In this document: piece after piece, positions 62,041-64,000 of the stretch
Numbering within the stretch: the stretch's first letter is position 1
How the letters are laid out: each line of letters opens with the position of its first letter
Source of the DNA: an uncultured Rubripirellula sp.
Lineage (GTDB): Bacteria; Planctomycetota; Planctomycetia; Pirellulales; Pirellulaceae
NCBI GenBank assembly: GCA_938085445.1
Contig: CALKGR010000002.1
Location: 32,001 to 96,000 of the forward strand
Direction: 5' to 3'
DNA length: 64,000 bases
Translations under genes and position numbers: made by a program
The notes under the pieces: generated by a model
What the model saw: only the letters and a program-made list of their open reading frames with translations
Database searches by the model: none
Told to the model about the DNA's origin: nothing

Positions 62041-62208
62041 TTCAACTCATCTTTCACGAAAAAGCCACTTCAGGTTCTTGGCTCAAGGTGCGAAAAGACT
62101 CACAGATCCCAACCGACGGAAGCCCACTTGCGAGGAACATGATCCCCACTAGAAAAAACCTGCCGCCGAACCGGCCCCGAACCCAGCGCATCGCTACCAG
62201 CCCCAAAC

Positions 62209-63024
62209 CTAATCTGCCAAACATCGTTTGATCATGAACTGCGTTAACGTTTCTGACTCGAACCAACCACGCCACATATTGTGCCCTTGGCCGCGAACCA
62301 ACTCAATCTCTACAGACCCACCTAGCGCTCGATAACGAGACGCCAGCAACCCCGAGTTTTCCTCATGGGGCACGACCCTGTCCGAATCACCCTGTAGGTG
62401 AAATATGGGGACCTGCTTCGTCGCAAGTGCCTGGAGATTGTCGACTGGATTAAACTTCGTCAATGAGTCTTCAAGCTCTTGGGGCGTCAATTCAAAAGCG
62501 GGTGCGGCCCTCTGTATGCCAGGGTAACTGGCGATGTTACAAACGGGGTAGATCCCCGCGATACCGCCGACACAACCAGCATGAGAAACCGCCCAATTGT
62601 AAAGCATCAACCCACCTCGACTGCGGGCTAGCAGGACAGGCTTGGTGCTGTAACCACGCTTGGCAGTCATGTGCTTATAAAACTCTTGGTAGACAGTGAC
62701 CCCCTTTGGGCTTCCATAGCTCTCCCCAACGTCGACTCCAGCCAGTGCAATCCCCGCCGCATGCAGACGATCAATCATCCACTGCTCGTCTCGGTTTGGA
62801 TGACGACCGCCAAGCGAGGGTGCGTACCACACCCACGGCGTTGGCTCTTTCACTCGAGAAGAAACAGGCGGAAGAATGACAAATGCACTGTTACCGCCGA
62901 CGGCAAACCGCTCGCGCTCGACCGAGAACGCACAATCAGGAACAGAAAGGAACAAAACAAACGCAAAGAACGGGGACGCATGTAACAGCCCCCGACAAAA
63001 TGGATATTTAATTGAGAAACGCAT
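62209..63024 (-). CDS. Alpha/beta hydrolase (S9-like)
   Basis: PWVWYAP, ARSRGG nucleophile elbow, GDSDRVVP, GQGHN; likely ATG 63024. Confidence 0.85.
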   Translation of the reverse strand: MRFSIKYPFCRGLLHASPFFAFVLFLSVPDCAFSVERERFAVGGNSAFVILPPVSSRVKEPTPWVWYAPSLGGRHPNRDEQWMIDRLHAAGIALAGVDVGESYGSPKGVTVYQEFYKHMTAKRGYSTKPVLLARSRGGLMLYNWAVSHAGCVGGIAGIYPVCNIASYPGIQRAAPAFELTPQELEDSLTKFNPVDNLQALATKQVPIFHLQGDSDRVVPHEENSGLLASRYRALGGSVEIELVRGQGHNMWRGWFESETLTQFMIKRCLAD

Positions 63025-63373
63025 CACACCCCACTCTGAACACAAGAAATACAAAACCGAAGCCGGAGACAGAGCCACAAACGCGAAGACAAATCCGACC
63101 GCGCTCGCATCGCGGATCCATACACCGACGATCCTGTTAGGGCACACTCGCTTCTTCGTTTTCAGATGTTATGATATCAAGTGTCAAGCACGTTTTTGCG
63201 CATCGCATTTCCGATATTGCACACACATCAAGTCTGCGACTCGGCCAACGGTGCAACCATCATACGATCCAGCATACCAAACAAAAAACTACCCGGATTC
63301 AAGTAAACAAGCCTGCAAACCGTGACCAAGACTCTCGGCTCAGGTGTCCCCCACGCTGTGAGCTTCCTTTGGG

Positions 63374-64000
63374 ATGACTGAAACACCTAAACGCGTCGCA
63401 ATCATGCTGGACCTTCAGTGGCCCTATAAACGCCATGCAAGCACTTTTGCGGGAACGCAGCAATTTGCGAAGGAACATGGTTGGCATTCCATTATCGATG
63501 AGTTTGCCCATGACACACTCCCCGCACGGCCTGGACACCCCGTCCCGTATGACGGCGTCATTGCTAGAGCGAATCACGAATTAGCAGATCGAGCCAAACG
63601 CCTTGGCATTCCCGTGGTAAACATGTGGGCCAGCTCTCCAGTGTGGAATAAGCTGCCTGGAGTTTTCCCTGATTTCGATGCCAGTGGTAAACTGAAAGCA
63701 GAGCACCTTCTCTCACGTGGACTGTCGAACTTTGCCGCGATGACCGCGTTCAAGAATCGAGGTGAGCGCATCGAAGTTGCCCAGTTCAGAAATATGATTG
63801 AGCAGCGAGGCTATGAATGCATCGTTGCCAACTCGCCCCAAAGTTTGTCGCGTAGTCTGGACCACTGGCGGAGAACCAAACAACTCGTAGAAGCGTGGAT
63901 GGACCGCTGGCAGTTACCCATCGGAGTAATGATCGGTGGAGAAAATTTAGGCAGACTCGTCGTCCAGATGTGTCATGAACGTGGCTGGAGGGTGCCGCAG
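63374..64000 (+). CDS. XylR-type transcriptional regulator, ligand-binding domain (partial, runs off the window)
   Basis: Hand translation: MTETPKRVAIMLDLQWPYKRHA..YDGVIAR..GIPVVN..AEHLLSRG; open to the window end and absent from the track. Confidence 0.8.
   Translation, partial: MTETPKRVAIMLDLQWPYKRHASTFAGTQQFAKEHGWHSIIDEFAHDTLPARPGHPVPYDGVIARANHELADRAKRLGIPVVNMWASSPVWNKLPGVFPDFDASGKLKAEHLLSRGLSNFAAMTAFKNRGERIEVAQFRNMIEQRGYECIVANSPQSLSRSLDHWRRTKQLVEAWMDRWQLPIGVMIGGENLGRLVVQMCHERGWRVPQ

Noticed and set aside
1..64000. Genome-wide reassignment of UGA (code 4 or 25) as the explanation for the 21499 TGA
   Set aside because: Long ORFs are intact under the standard code and many genes end at TGA, four with coupled ATGA/GTGA starts; any read-through must be site-specific.

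Overview
Gene-dense bacterial window, most likely a marine planctomycete (Pirellulaceae-like), inferred from seven Cys-type sulfatases, a DUF1559 prepilin-like protein, a PVC-type haem-binding protein, DUF1080 and Tat-exported Gfo/Idh/MocA oxidoreductases. I saw no rRNA, tRNA, CRISPR array or transposase. The standout is a ~20 kb co-oriented minus-strand locus (3925-23632). In transcription order it encodes: a secreted EF-hand/thioredoxin (WCAPC); a secreted protein whose apparent stop may be a recoded UGA (G-S-C-UGA-G, followed by a SECIS-positioned hairpin and 37 more protein-like codons; candidate new selenoprotein); an apparent double pseudo-enzyme (aspartyl-protease-like folds without DTG, TPR-like repeats, thioredoxin-like fold without CxxC); a charged disordered membrane protein; MoxR; DUF58; BatA; and a ~3150-aa vWA/GATase1-like/TPR fusion. 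The rest is mostly exported sulfatases, esterases and oxidoreductases, plus rbgA, a truncated haemoglobin, a lone SF1 helicase with a degenerate nuclease domain, and a His-rich lipoprotein/DUF1559 pair. All domain calls come from reading motifs by eye; no database search or folding program was run.
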